A stretch of DNA of 64,000 nucleotides, from assembly GCA_964057225.1 (NCBI GenBank), contig OZ059898.1, positions 2,046,001 to 2,110,000 on the forward strand, read 5' to 3'. The translations under genes were made by a program, and so were the position numbers. Under the pieces are notes generated by a model. The model did no database searches. It was not told the DNA's origin and worked only from the letters and a program-made list of their open reading frames with translations. This DNA is from Auanema rhodensis (lineage: Eukaryota; Animalia; Nematoda). Shown in pieces: positions 11,201-26,300 of this stretch; within the stretch, counting starts at the first letter, position 1, and each line of letters begins with the position of its first letter.

Positions 11201-14200
11201 TGTATTAAGCGTTTCTCAATGTAGTATAGTGCATTCGATGCGGATTTTTAAGCTGCGTCGATCTGTGTTATCAGATTTGCGCTAGCTTAAAAATGCACCG
11301 AGATATCAACTGATATAAGTTCACACTTATATCCTCGATTTTCACCCTGAAGAATTAATTTTTTCGTTGAATAACATTGTCCATCGTCTTTGCCTTGAAA
11401 AAAGGAAACTAAAAACATCTACTTTTTGCCAAATTATTTTGAAATTTTTCGAAAAAATTTTTGTCAAAATGTTTTTGGAAGCAATGTTGAGTGTACATGG
11501 AAACTCAACATACACTAATGCATCATTTTTCGAACGATCATAACTAATTTTTGTATTAAGCGTTTCTCAATGTAATATAGTGCATTCGATGCGGATTTTT
11601 AAGCTGCGTCGATCTGTGTTATCAGATTTGCGCTAGCTTGAAAATGCACCGAGATATCAACTGATATAAGTTCACACTTATATCCTCGATTTTCACCCTG
11701 AAGAATTAATTTTTTCGTTGAATAACATTGTCCATCGTCTTTGCCTTGAAAAAAGGAATCTAAAAACATCTACTTTTTGCTAAATTATTTTGAAATTTTT
11801 CGAAAAAATTTTTGTCAAAATGTTTTTGGAAGCAATGTTGAGTGTACATGGAAACTCAACATACACTAATGCATCATTTTTCAAACGATCATAACTAATT
11901 TTTGTATTAAGCGTTTCTCAATGTAGTAGAGTGCATTCGATGCGGATTTTTAAGCTGCGTCGATCTGTGTTATCAGATTTGCGCTAGCTTAAAAATGCTC
12001 CGAGATATCAACTGATATAAGTTCACACTTATATCCTCGATTTTCACCCTGAAGAATTAATTTTTTCGTTGAATAACATTGTCCATCGTCTTTGCCTTAA
12101 AAAAAGGAATCTAAAAACATCTACTTTTTGCTAAATTATTTTGAAATTTTTTGAAAAAATTTTTGTCAAAATGTTTTTGGAAGCAATGTTGAGTGTACAT
12201 GGAAACTCAACATACACTAATGCATCATTTTTCAAACGATCATAACTAATTTTTGTATTAAGCGTTTCTCAATGTAGCATAGTGCATTCGATGCGGATTT
12301 TTAAGCTGCGTCGATCTGTGTTATCAGATTTGCGCTAGCTTAAAAATGCACCGAGATATCAACTGATATAAGTTCACACTTATATCCTCGATTTTCACCC
12401 TGAAGAATTAATTTTTTCGTTGAATAACATTGTCCATCGTCTTTGCCTTGAAAATAGGAATCTAAAAACATCTACTTTTTGCTAAATTATTTTGAAATTT
12501 TTCGAAAAAATTTTTGTCAAAATGTTTTTGGAAGCAATGTTGAGTGTACATGGAAACTCAACATACACTAATGCATCATTTTTCAAACGATCATAACTAA
12601 TTTTTGTATTAAACGTTTCTCAATGTCGTATAGTGCATTCGATGCGGATTTTTAAGCTGCGTCGATCTGTGTTATCAGATTTGCGCTAGCTTAAAAATGC
12701 ACCGAGATATCAACTGATATAAGTTCACACTTATATCCTCGATTTTCACCCTGAAGAATTAATTTTTTCGTTGAATAACATTGTCCATCGTCTTTGACTT
12801 GAAAAAAGGAAACTAAAAACATCTACTTTTTGCCAAATTATTTTGAAATTTTTCGAAAAAATTTTTGTCAAAATGTTTTTGGAAGCAATGTTGAGTGTAC
12901 ATGGAAACTCAACATACACTAATGCATCATTTTTCGAACGATCATAACTAATTTTTGTATTAAGCGTTTCTCAATGTAGTATAGTGCATTCGATGCGGAT
13001 TTTTAAGCTGCGTCGATCTGTGTTATCAGATTTGCGCTAGCTTAAAAATGCACCGAGATATCAACTGATATAAGTTCACACTTATATCCTCGATTTTCAC
13101 CCTGAAGAATTAATTTTTTCGTTGAATAACATTGTCCATCGTCTTTGCCTTGAAAATAGGAATCTAAAAACATCTACTTTTTGCTAAATTATTTTGAAAT
13201 TTTTCGAAAAAATTTTTGTCAAAATGTTTTTGGAAGCAATGTTGAGTGTACATGGAAACTCAACATACACTAATGCATCATTTTTCAAACAATCATAACT
13301 AATTTTTGTATTGAGCGTTTCTCAATGTAGTATAGTGCATTCGATGCGGATTTTTAAGCTGCGTCGATCTGTGTTATTAGATTTGCGCTAGCTTAAAAAT
13401 GCACCGAGATATCAACTGATATAAGTTCACACTTATATCCTCGATTTTCACCCTGAAGAATTAATTTTTTCGTTGAATAACATTGTCCATCGTCTTTGCC
13501 TTGAAAAAAGGAATCTAAAAACATCTACTTTTTGCTAAATTATTTTGAAATTTTTTGAAAAAATTTTTGTCAAAATGTTTTTGGAAGCAATGTTGAGTGT
13601 ACATGGAAACTCAACATACACTAATGCATCATTTTTCAAACGATCATAACTAATTTTTGTATTAAGCGTTTCTCAATGTAGCATAGTGCATTCGATGCGG
13701 ATTTTTAAGCTGCGTCGATCTGTGTTATCAGATTTGCGCTAGCTTAAAAATGCACCGAGATATCAACTGATATAAGTTCACACATATATCCTCGATTTTC
13801 ACCCTGAAGAATTAATTTTTTCGTTGAATAACATTGTCCATCGTCTTTGCCTTGAAAATAGGAATCTAAAAACATCTACTTTTTGCTAAATTATTTTGAA
13901 ATTTTTCGAAAAAATTTTTGTCAAAATGTTTTTGGAAGCAATGTTGAGTGTACATGGAAACTCAACATACACTAATGCATCATTTTTCAAACGATCATAA
14001 CTAATTTTTGTATTAAACGTTTCTCAATGTCGTATAGTGCATTCGATGCGGATTTTTAAGCTGCGTCGATCTGTGTTATCAGATTTGCGCTAGCTTAAAA
14101 ATGCACCGAGATATCAACTGATATAAGTTCACACTTATATCCTCGATTTTCACCCTGAAGAATTAATTTTTTCGTTGAATAACATTGTCCATCGTTTTTG

Positions 14201-15446
14201 ACTTGAAAAAAGGAAACTAAAAACATCTACTTTTTGCCAAATTATTTTGAAATTTTTCGAAAAAATTTTTGTCAAAATGTTTTTGGAAGCAATGTTGAGT
14301 GTACATGGAAACTCAACATACACTAATGCATCATTTTTCGAACGATCATAACTAATTTTTGTATTAAGCGTTTCTCAATGTAGTATAGTGCATTCGATGC
14401 GGATTTTTAAGCTGCGTCGATCTGTGTTATCAGATTTGCGCTAGCTTAAAAATGCACCGAGATATCAACTGATATAAGTTCACACTTATATCCTCGATTT
14501 TCACCCTGAAGAATTAATTTTTTCGTTGAATAACATTGTCCATCGTCTTTGCCTTGAAAAAAGGAAACTAAAAACATCTACTTTTTGCCAAATTATTTTG
14601 AAATTTTTCGAAAAAATTTTTGTCAAAATGTTTTTGGAAGCAATGTTGAGTGTACATGGAAACTCAACATACACTAATGCATCATTTTTCGAACGATCAT
14701 AACTAATTTTTGTATTAAGCGTTTCTCAATGTAGTATAGTGCATTCGATGCGGATTTTTAAGCTGCGTCGATCTGTGTTATCAGATTTGCGCTAGCTTGA
14801 AAATGCACCGAGATATCAACTGATATAAGTTCACACTTATATCCTCGATTTTCACCCTGAAGAATTAATTTTTTCGTTGAATAACATTGTCCATCGTCTT
14901 TGACTTGAAAAAAGGAAACTAAAAACATCTACTTTTTGCCAAATTATTTTGAAATTTTTCGAAAAAATTTTTGTCAAAATGTTTTTGGAAGCAATGTTGA
15001 GTGTACATGGAAACTCAACATACACTAATGCATCATTTTTCGAACGATCATAACTAATTTTTGTATTAAGCGTTTCTCAATGTAGTATAGTGCATTCGAT
15101 GCGGATTTTTAAGCTGCGTCGATCTGTGTTATCAGATTTGCGCTAGCTTAAAAATGCACCGAGATATCAACTGATATAAGTTCACACTTATATCCTCGAT
15201 TTTCACCCTGAAGAATTAATTTTTTCGTTGAATAACATTGTCCATCGTCTTTGCCTTGAAAAAAGGAATCTAAAAACATCTACTTTTTGCTAAATTATTT
15301 TGAAATTTTTCGAAAAAATTTTTGTCAAAATGTTTTTGGAAGCAATGTTGAGTGTACATGGAAACTCAACATACACTAATGCATCATTTTTCAAACGATC
15401 ATAACTAATTTTTGTATTAAGCGTTTCTCAGTGTAGTAGAGCGCAT
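5266..15446. repeat. Tandem duplication of a 14-monomer block (first copy expanded to 16 monomers)
   Basis: The rare insertion GAAAAAATGG is in M16 and M32 (offset 5617). The variant order of M21-M30 repeats in M35-M44 (offset 4915), including 38T, 93A, 154T, 55G and the CAGTGTAGTAGAGCG end. Confidence 0.85.
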
Positions 15447-16999
15447 TCGATGCGGATTTTTAAGCTGCGTCGATCTGTGTTATCAGATTTGCGCTAGCTT
15501 AAAAATGCACCGAGATATCAACTGATATAAGTTCACACTTATATCCTCGATTTTCACCCTGAAGAATTAATTTTTTCGTTGAATAACATTGTCCATCGTC
15601 TTTGCCTTGAAAAAAGGAATCTAAAAACATCTACTTTTTGCTAAATTATTTTGAAATTTTTCGAAAAAATTTTTGTCAAAATGTTTTTGGAAGCAATGTT
15701 GAGTATACATGGAAACTCAACATACACTAATGCATCATTTTTCAAACAATCATAACTAATTTTTGTATTGAGCGTTTCTCAATGTAGTATAGTGCATTCG
15801 ATGCGGATTTTTAAGCTGCGTCGATCTGTGTTATTAGATTTGCGCTAGCTTAAAAATGCACCGAGATATCAACTGATATAAGTTCACACTTATATCCTCG
15901 ATTTTCACCCTGAAGAATTAATTTTTTCGTTGAATAACATTGTCCATCGTCTTTGCCTTGAAAAAAGGAATCTAGAAACATCTACTTTTTGCTAAATTAT
16001 TTTGAAATTTTTTGAAAAAATTTTTGTCAAAATGTTTTTGGAAGCAATGTTGAGTGTACATGGAAACTCAACATACACTAATGCATCATTTTTCAAATGA
16101 TCATAACTAATTTTTGTATTAAGCGTTTCTCAATGTAGCATAGTGCATTCGATGCGGATTTTTAAGCTGCGTCGATCTGTGTTATCAGATTTGCGCTAGC
16201 TTAAAAATGCACCGAGATATCAACTGATATAAGTTCACACTTATATCCTCGATTTTCACCCTGAAGAATTAATTTTTTCGTTGAATAACATTGTCCATCG
16301 TCTTTGCCTTGAAAAAAGGAATCTAAAAACATCTACTTTTTGCTAAATTATTTTGAAATTTTTCGAAAAAATTTTTGTCAAAATGTTTTTGGAAGCAATG
16401 TTGAGTATACATGGAAACTCAACATACACTAATGCATCATTTTTCAAACGATCATAACTAATTTTTGTATTGAGCGTTTCTCAATGTAGTATAGTGCATT
16501 CGATGCGGATTTTTAAGCTGCGTCGATCTGTGTTATTAGATTTGCGCTAGCTTAAAAATGCACCGAGATATCAACTGATATAAGTTCACACTTATATCCT
16601 CGATTTTCACCCTGAAGAATTAATTTTTTCGTTGAATAACATTGTCCATCGTCTTTGCCTTGAAAAAAGGAATCTAAAAACATCTACTTTTTGCTAAATT
16701 ATTTTGAAATTTTTTGAAAAAATTTTTGTCAAAATGTTTTTGGAAGCAATGTTGAGTGTACATGGAAACTCAACATACACTAATGCATCATTTTTCAAAC
16801 GATCATAACTAATTTTTGTATTAAGCGTTTCTCAATGTAGCATAGTGCATTCGATGCGGATTTTTAAGCTGCGTCGATCTGTGTTATCAGATTTGCGCTA
16901 GCTTAAAAATGCACCGAGATATCAACTGATATAAGTTCAAACTTATATCCTCGATTTTCACCCTGAAGAATTAATTTTTTCGTTGAATAACATTGTCCA

Positions 17000-19900
17000 T
17001 CGTCTTTGCCTTGAAAAAAGGAATCTAAAAACATCTACTTTTTGCTAAATTATTTTGAAATTTTTCGAAAAAATTTTTGTCAAAATGTTTTTGGAAGCAA
17101 TGTTGAGTATACATGGAAACTCAACATACACTAATGCATCATTTTTCAAACGATCATAACTAATTTTTGTATTGAGCGTTTCTCAATGTAGTATAGTGCA
17201 TTCGATGCGGATTTTTAAGCTGCGTCGATCTGTGTTATTAGATTTGCGCTAGCTTAAAAATGCACCGAGATATCAACTGATATAAGTTCACACTTATATC
17301 CTCGATTTTCACCCTGAAGAATTAATTTTTTCGTTGAATAACATTGTCCATCGTCTTTGCCTTGAAAAAAGGAATCTAAAAACATCTACTTTTTGCTAAA
17401 TTATTTTGAAATTTTTGAAAAAATTTTTGTCAAAATGTTTTTGGAAGCAATGTTGAGTGTACATGGAAACTCAACATACACTAATGCATCATTTTTCAAA
17501 AGATCATAACTAATTTTTGTATTAAGCGTTTCTCAATGTAGCATAGTGCATTCGATGCGGATTTTTAAGCTGCGTCGATCTGTGTTATCAGATTTGCGCT
17601 AGCTTAAAAATGCACCGAGATATCAACTGATATAAGTTCACACTTATATCCTCGATTTTCACCCTGAAGAATTAATTTTTTCGTTGAATAACATTGTCCA
17701 TCGTCTTTGCCTTGAAAATAGGAATCTAAAAACATCTACTTTTTGCTAAATTATTTTGAAATTTTTCGAAAAAATTTTTGTCAAAATGTTTTTGGAAGCA
17801 ATGTTGAGTGTACATGGAAACTCAACATACACTAATGCATCATTTTTCAAACGATCATAACTAATTTTTGTATTAAGCGTTTCTCAATGTCGTATAGTGC
17901 ATTCGATGCGGATTTTTAAGCTGCGTCGATCTGTGTTATCAGATTTGCGCTAGCTTAAAAATGCACCGAGATATCAACTGATATAAGTTCACACTTATAT
18001 CCTCGATTTTCACCCTGAAGAATTAATTTTTTCGTTGAATAACATTGTCCATCGTCTTTGCCTTGAACAAAGGAATCTAAAAACATCTACTTTTTGCTAA
18101 ATTATTTTGAAATTTTTCGAAAAAATTTTTGTCAAAATGTTTTTGGAAGCAATGTTGAGTGTACATGGAAACTCAACATACACTAATGCATCATTTTTCA
18201 AACGATCATAACTAATTTTTGTATTACGCGTTTCTCTATGTAGTATAGTGCATTCGATGCGGATTTTTAAGCTGCGTCGTTCTGTGTTATCAGATTTGCG
18301 CTAGCTTAAAAATGCACCGAGATATCAACTGATATAAGTTCACACTTATATCCTCGATTTTCACCCTGAAGAATTAATTTTTTCGTTGAATAACATTGTC
18401 CATCGTCTTTGCCTTGAAAAAAGGAATCTAAAAACATCTACTTTTTGCTAAATTATTTTGAAATTTTTTGAAAAAATTTTTGTCAAAATGTTTTTGGAAG
18501 CAATGTTGAGTGTACATGGAAACTCAACATACACTAATGCATCATTTTTCAAACGATCATAATTAATTTTTGTATTAAGCGTTTCTCAATGTAGTATAAT
18601 GCATTCGATGCGGATTTTTAAGCTGCGTCGATCTGTGTTATCAGATTTGCGCTAGCTTAAAAATGCACCGAGATATCAACTGATATAAGTTCACACTTAT
18701 ATCCTCGATTTTCACCCTGAAGAATTAATTTTTTCGTTGAATAACATTGTCCATCGTCTTTGCCTTGAAAAAAGAAATCTAAAAACATTTACTTTTTGCT
18801 AAATTATTTTGAAATTTTTCGAAAAAATTTTTGTCAAAATGTTTTTGGAAGCAATGTTGAGTGTACATGGAAACTCAACATACACTAATGCATCATTTTT
18901 CAAACGATCATAACTAATTTTTGTATTGAGCGTTTCTCAATGTAGTATAGTGCATTCGATGCGGATTTTTAAGCTGCGTCGATCTGTGTTATCAGATTTG
19001 CGCTAGCTTAAAAATGCACCGAGATATCAACTGATATAAGTTCACACTTATATCCTCGATTTTGACCCTGAAGAATTAATTTTTTCGTTGAATAACATTG
19101 TCCATCGTCTTTGCCTTGAAAAAAGGAATCTAAAAACATCTACTTTTTGCTAAATTATTTTGAAATTTTTCGAAAAAATTTTTGTCAAAATGTTTTTGGA
19201 AGCAATGTTGAGTGTACATGGAAACTCAACATACACTAATGCATCATTTTTCAAACGATCATAACTAATTTTTGTATTAAGCGTTTCTCAATGTCGTATA
19301 GTGCATTCGATGCGGATTTTTAAGCTGCGTCGATCTGTGTTATCAGATTTGCGCTAGCTTAAAAATGCACCGAGATATCAACTGATATAAGTTCACACTT
19401 ATATCCTCGATTTTCACCCTGAAGAATTAATTTTTTCGTTGAATAACATTGTCCATCGTCTTTGCCTTGAAAAAAGAAATCTAAAAACATCTACTTTCTG
19501 CTAAATTATTTTGAAATTTTTCGAAAAAATTTTTGTCAAAATGTTTTTGGAAGCAATGTTGAGTGTACATGGAAACTCAACATACACTAATGCATCATTT
19601 TTCAAACGATCATAACTAATTTTTGTATTAAGCGTTTCTCAATGTCGTATAGTGCATTCGATGCGGATTTTTAAGCTGCGTCGATCTGTGTTATCAGATT
19701 TGCGCTAGCTTAAAAATGCACCGAGATATCAACTGATATAAGTTCACACTTATATCCTCGATTTTCACCCTGAAGAATTAATTTTTTCGTTGAATAACAT
19801 TGTCCATCGTCTTTGCCTTGAAAAAAGGAATCTAAAAACATCTACTTTTTGCTAAATTATTCTGAAATTTTCTGAAAAAATTTTTGTCAAAATGTTTTTG

Positions 19901-22900
19901 GAAGCAATGTTGAGTGTACATGGAAACTCAACATACAATAATGCATCATTTTTCAAACGATCATAACTAATTTTTGTATTAAGCGTTTCTCAATAAAGTA
20001 TAGTGGATTCGATGCGGATTTTTGAGCTGCGTCGATCTGTGTTATCAGATTTGCGCTAGCTTAAAAATGCACCGAGATATCAACTGATATAAGTTCACAC
20101 TTATATCCTCGATTTTCACCCTGAATATTTAATTTTTTCGTTGAATAACATTGTCCATCGTCTTTGCCTTGAAAAAAGGAATCTAAAAACATCTACTTTT
20201 TGCTAAATTATTTTGAAATTTTTCGAAAAAATTTTTGTCAAAATGTTTTTGGAAGCAATGTTGAGTATACATGGAAACTCAACATACACTAATGCATCAT
20301 TTTTCAAACGATCATAACTAATTTTTGTATTGAGCGTTTCTCAATGTAGTATAGTGCATTCGATGCGGATTTTTAAGCTGCGTCGATCTGTGTTATTAGA
20401 TTTGCGCTAGCTTAAAAATGCACCGAGATATCAACTGATATAAGTTCACACTTATATCCTCGATTTTCACCCTGAAGAATTAATTTTTTCGTTGAATAAC
20501 ATTGTCCATCGTCTTTGCCTTGAAAAAAGGAATCTAAAAACATCTACTTTTTGCTAAATTATTTTGAAATTTTTGAAAAAATTTTTGTCAAAATGTTTTT
20601 GGAAGCAATGTTGAGTGTACATGGAAACTCAACATACACTAATGCATCATTTTTCAAAAGATCATAACTAATTTTTGTATTAAGCGTTTCTCAATGTAGC
20701 ATAGTGCATTCGATGCGGATTTTTAAGCTGCGTCGATCTGTGTTATCAGATTTGCGCTAGCTTAAAAATGCACCGAGATATCAACTGATATAAGTTCACA
20801 CTTATATCCTCGATTTTCACCCTGAAGAATTAATTTTTTCGTTGAATAACATTGTCCATCGTCTTTGCCTTGAAAATAGGAATCTAAAAACATCTACTTT
20901 TTGCTAAATTATTTTGAAATTTTTCGAAAAAATTTTTGTCAAAATGTTTTTGGAAGCAATGTTGAGTGTACATGGAAACTCAACATACACTAATGCATCA
21001 TTTTTCAAACGATCATAACTAATTTTTGTATTAAGCGTTTCTCAATGTCGTATAGTGCATTCGATGCGGATTTTTAAGCTGCGTCGATCTGTGTTATCAG
21101 ATTTGCGCTAGCTTAAAAATGCACCGAGATATCAACTGATATAAGTTCACACTTATATCCTCGATTTTCACCCTGAAGAATTAATTTTTTCGTTGAATAA
21201 CATTGTCCATCGTCTTTGCCTTGAACAAAGGAATCTAAAAACATCTACTTTTTGCTAAATTATTTTGAAATTTTTCGAAAAAATTTTTGTCAAAATGTTT
21301 TTGGAAGCAATGTTGAGTGTACATGGAAACTCAACATACACTAATGCATCATTTTTCAAACGATCATAACTAATTTTTGTATTACGCGTTTCTCTATGTA
21401 GTATAGTGCATTCGATGCGGATTTTTAAGCTGCGTCGTTCTGTGTTATCAGATTTGCGCTAGCTTAAAAATGCACCGAGATATCAACTGATATAAGTTCA
21501 CACTTATATCCTCGATTTTCACCCTGAAGAATTAATTTTTTCGTTGAATAACATTGTCCATCGTCTTTGCCTTGAAAAAAGGAATCTAAAAACATCTACT
21601 TTTTGCTAAATTATTTTGAAATTTTTTGAAAAAATTTTTGTCAAAATGTTTTTGGAAGCAATGTTGAGTGTACATGGAAACTCAACATACACTAATGCAT
21701 CATTTTTCAAACGATCATAATTAATTTTTGTATTAAGCGTTTCTCAATGTAGTATAATGCATTCGATGCGGATTTTTAAGCTGCGTCGATCTGTGTTATC
21801 AGATTTGCGCTAGCTTAAAAATGCACCGAGATATCAACTGATATAAGTTCACACTTATATCCTCGATTTTCACCCTGAAGAATTAATTTTTTCGTTGAAT
21901 AACATTGTCCATCGTCTTTGCCTTGAAAAAAGAAATCTAAAAACATTTACTTTTTGCTAAATTATTTTGAAATTTTTCGAAAAAATTTTTGTCAAAATGT
22001 TTTTGGAAGCAATGTTGAGTGTACATGGAAACTCAACATACACTAATGCATCATTTTTCAAACGATCATAACTAATTTTTGTATTGAGCGTTTCTCAATG
22101 TAGTATAGTGCATTCGATGCGGATTTTTAAGCTGCGTCGATCTGTGTTATCAGATTTGCGCTAGCTTAAAAATGCACCGAGATATCAACTGATATAAGTT
22201 CACACTTATATCCTCGATTTTGACCCTGAAGAATTAATTTTTTCGTTGAATAACATTGTCCATCGTCTTTGCCTTGAAAAAAGGAATCTAAAAACATCTA
22301 CTTTTTGCTAAATTATTTTGAAATTTTTCGAAAAAATTTTTGTCAAAATGTTTTTGGAAGCAATGTTGAGTGTACATGGAAACTCAACATACACTAATGC
22401 ATCATTTTTCAAACGATCATAACTAATTTTTGTATTAAGCGTTTCTCAATGTCGTATAGTGCATTCGATGCGGATTTTTAAGCTGCGTCGATCTGTGTTA
22501 TCAGATTTGCGCTAGCTTAAAAATGCACCGAGATATCAACTGATATAAGTTCACACTTATATCCTCGATTTTCACCCTGAAGAATTAATTTTTTCGTTGA
22601 ATAACATTGTCCATCGTCTTTGCCTTGAAAAAAGAAATCTAAAAACATCTACTTTCTGCTAAATTATTTTGAAATTTTTCGAAAAAATTTTTGTCAAAAT
22701 GTTTTTGGAAGCAATGTTGAGTGTACATGGAAACTCAACATACACTAATGCATCATTTTTCAAACGATCATAACTAATTTTTGTATTAAGCGTTTCTCAA
22801 TGTCGTATAGTGCATTCGATGCGGATTTTTAAGCTGCGTCGATCTGTGTTATCAGATTTGCGCTAGCTTAAAAATGCACCGAGATATCAACTGATATAAG

Positions 22901-23300
22901 TTCACACTTATATCCTCGATTTTCACCCTGAAGAATTAATTTTTTCGTTGAATAACATTGTCCATCGTCTTTGCCTTGAAAAAAGGAATCTAAAAACATC
23001 TACTTTTTGCTAAATTATTCTGAAATTTTCTGAAAAAATTTTTGTCAAAATGTTTTTGGAAGCAATGTTGAGTGTACATGGAAACTCAACATACAATAAT
23101 GCATCATTTTTCAAACGATCATAACTAATTTTTGTATTAAGCGTTTCTCAATAAAGTATAGTGGATTCGATGCGGATTTTTGAGCTGCGTCGATCTGTGT
23201 TATCAGATTTGCGCTAGCTTAAAAATGCACCGAGATATCAACTGATATAAGTTCACACTTATATCCTCGATTTTCACCCTGAATATTTAATTTTTTCGTT
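17000..23300. repeat. 9-monomer HOR, 2 tandem copies, period 3158 bp (ends approximate)
   Basis: M50-M57 match M59-M66 variant for variant, including the 1-bp deletion monomer (17202 vs 20360), GAACAAA, TTACGCG and GTCGTTC. M58 is a junction chimera. Confidence 0.92.
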
Positions 23301-26300
23301 GAATAACATTGTCCATCGTCTTTGCCTTGAAAAAAGGAATCTAAAAACATCTACTTTTTGCTAAATTATTTTGAAATTTTTTGAAAAAATTTTTGTCAAA
23401 ATGTTTTTGGAAGCAATGTTGAGTGTACATGGAAACTCAACATACACTAATGCATCATTTTTCAAACGATCATAATTAATTTTTGTATTAAGCGTTTCTC
23501 AATGTAGTATAATGCATTCGATGCGGATTTTTAAGCTGCGTCGATCTGTGTTATCAGATTTGCGCTAGCTTAAAAATGCACCGAGATATCAACTGATATA
23601 AGTTCACACTTATATCCTCGATTTTCACCCTGAAGAATTAATTTTTTCGTTGAATAACATTGTCCATCGTCTTTGCCTTGAAAAAAGGAATCTAAAAACA
23701 TCTACTTTTTGCTAAATTATTCTGAAATTTTCTGAAAAAATTTTTGTCAAAATGTTTTTGGAAGCAATGTTGAGTGTACATGGAAACTCAACATACAATA
23801 ATGCATCATTTTTCAAACGATCATAACTAATTTTTGTATTAAGCGTTTCTCAATAAAGTATAGTGGATTCGATGCGGATTTTTGAGCTGCGTCGATCTGT
23901 GTTATCAGATTTGCGCTAGCTTAAAAATGCACCGAGATATCAACTGATATAAGTTCACACTTATATCCTCGATTTTCACCCTGAAGAATTAATTTTTTCG
24001 TTGAATAACATTGTCCATCGTCTTTGCCTTGAAAAAAGGAATCTAAAAACATCTACTTTTTGCTAAATTATTCTGAAATTTTCTGAAAAAATTTTTGTCA
24101 AAATGTTTTTGGAAGCAATGTTGAGTGTACATGGAAACTCAACATACAATAATGCATCATTTTTCAAACGATCATAACTAATTTTTGTATTAAGCGTTTC
24201 TCAATAAAGTATAGTGGATTCGATGCGGATTTTTGAGCTGCGTCGATCTGTGTTATCAGATTTGCGCTAGCTTAAAAATGCACCGAGATATCAACTGATA
24301 TAAGTTCACACTTATATCCTCGATTTTCACCCTGAATATTTAATTTTTTCGTTGAATAACATTGTCCATCGTCTTTGCCTTGAAAAAAGGAATCTAAAAA
24401 CATCTACTTTTTGCTAAATTATTTTGAAATTTTTTGAAAAAATTTTTGTCAAAATGTTTTTGGAAGCAATGTTGAGTGTACATGGAAACTCAACATACAC
24501 TAATGCATCATTTTTCAAACGATCATAACTAATTTTTGTATTGAGCGTTTCTCAATGTAGTATAGTGCATTCGATGCGGATTTTTAAGCTGCGTCGATCT
24601 GTGTTATCAGATTTGCGCTAGCTTAAAAATGCACCGAGATATCAACTGATATAAGTTCACACTTATATCCTCGATTTTCACCCTGAAGAATTAATTTTTT
24701 CGTTGAATAACATTGTCCATCGTCTTTGCCTTGAAAAAAGGAATCTAAAAACATCTACTTTTTGCTAAATTATTTTGAAATTTTTCGAAAAAATTTTTGT
24801 CAAAATGTTTTTGGAAGCAATGTTGAGTGTACATGGAAACTCAACATACACTAATGCATCATTTTTCAAACGATCATAACTAATTTTTGTATTAAGCGTT
24901 TCTCAGTGTAGTAGAGCGCATTCGATGCGGATTTTTAAGCTGCGTCGATCTGTGTTATCAGATTTGCGCTAGCTTAAAAATGCACCGAGATATCAACTGA
25001 TATAAGTTCACACTTATATCCTCGATTTTCACCCTGAAGAATTAATTTTTTCGTTGAATAACATTGTCCATCGTCTTTGCCTTGAAAAAAGAAATCTAAA
25101 AACATCTACTTTTTGCTAAATTATTTTGAAATTTTTCGAAAAAATTTTTGTCAAAATGTTTTTGGAAGCAATGTTGAGTGTACATGGAAACTCAACATAC
25201 ACTAATGCATCATTTTTCAAACGATCATAACTAATTTTTGTATTAAGCGTTTCTCAATGTCGTATAGTGCATTCGATGCGGATTTTTAAGCTGCGTCGAT
25301 CTGTGTTATCAGATTTGCGCTAGCTTAAAAATGCACCGAGATATCAACTGATATAAGTTCACACTTATATCCTCGATTTTCACCCTGAAGAATTAATTTT
25401 TTCGTTGAATAACATTGTCCATCGTCTTTGCCTTGAAAAAAGGAATCTAAAAACATCTACTTTTTGCTAAATTATTCTGAAATTTTCTGAAAAAATTTTT
25501 GTCAAAATGTTTTTGGAAGCAATGTTGAGTGTACATGGAAACTCAACATACAATAATGCATCATTTTTCAAACGATCATAACTAATTTTTGTATTAAGCG
25601 TTTCTCAATAAAGTATAGTGGATTCGATGCGGATTTTTGAGCTGCGTCGATCTGTGTTATCAGATTTGCGCTAGCTTAAAAATGCACCGAGATATCAACT
25701 GATATAAGTTCACACTTATATCCTCGATTTTCACCCTGAATATTTAATTTTTTCGTTGAATAACATTGTCCATCGTCTTTGCCTTGAAAAAAGGAATCTA
25801 AAAACATCTACTTTTTGCTAAATTATTTTGAAATTTTTTGAAAAAATTTTTGTCAAAATGTTTTTGGAAGCAATGTTGAGTGTACATGGAAACTCAACAT
25901 ACACTAATGCATCATTTTTCAAACGATCATAATTAATTTTTGTATTAAGCGTTTCTCAATGTAGTATAATGCATTCGATGCGGATTTTTAAGCTGCGTCG
26001 ATCTGTGTTATCAGATTTGCGCTAGCTTAAAAATGCACCGAGATATCAACTGATATAAGTTCACACTTATATCCTCGATTTTCACCCTGAAGAATTAATT
26101 TTTTCGTTGAATAACATTGTCCATCGTCTTTGCCTTGAAAAAAGGAATCTAAAAACATCTACTTTTTGCTAAATTATTCTGAAATTTTCTGAAAAAATTT
26201 TTGTCAAAATGTTTTTGGAAGCAATGTTGAGTGTACATGGAAACTCAACATACAATAATGCATCATTTTTCAAACGATCATAACTAATTTTTGTATTAAG

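Larger units (their letters stand above)
1..15446. repeat. Variant domain 1 (M1-M44): mosaic of monomer types A, B and C
   Basis: Type A (174A, 196C, 298G, usually 159A) occurs in about 17 monomers, the last being M43 (14745), and never later. Type B = 216T+342C. Type C = 168T with either 326A+340C or 302A+324G. Confidence 0.85.
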
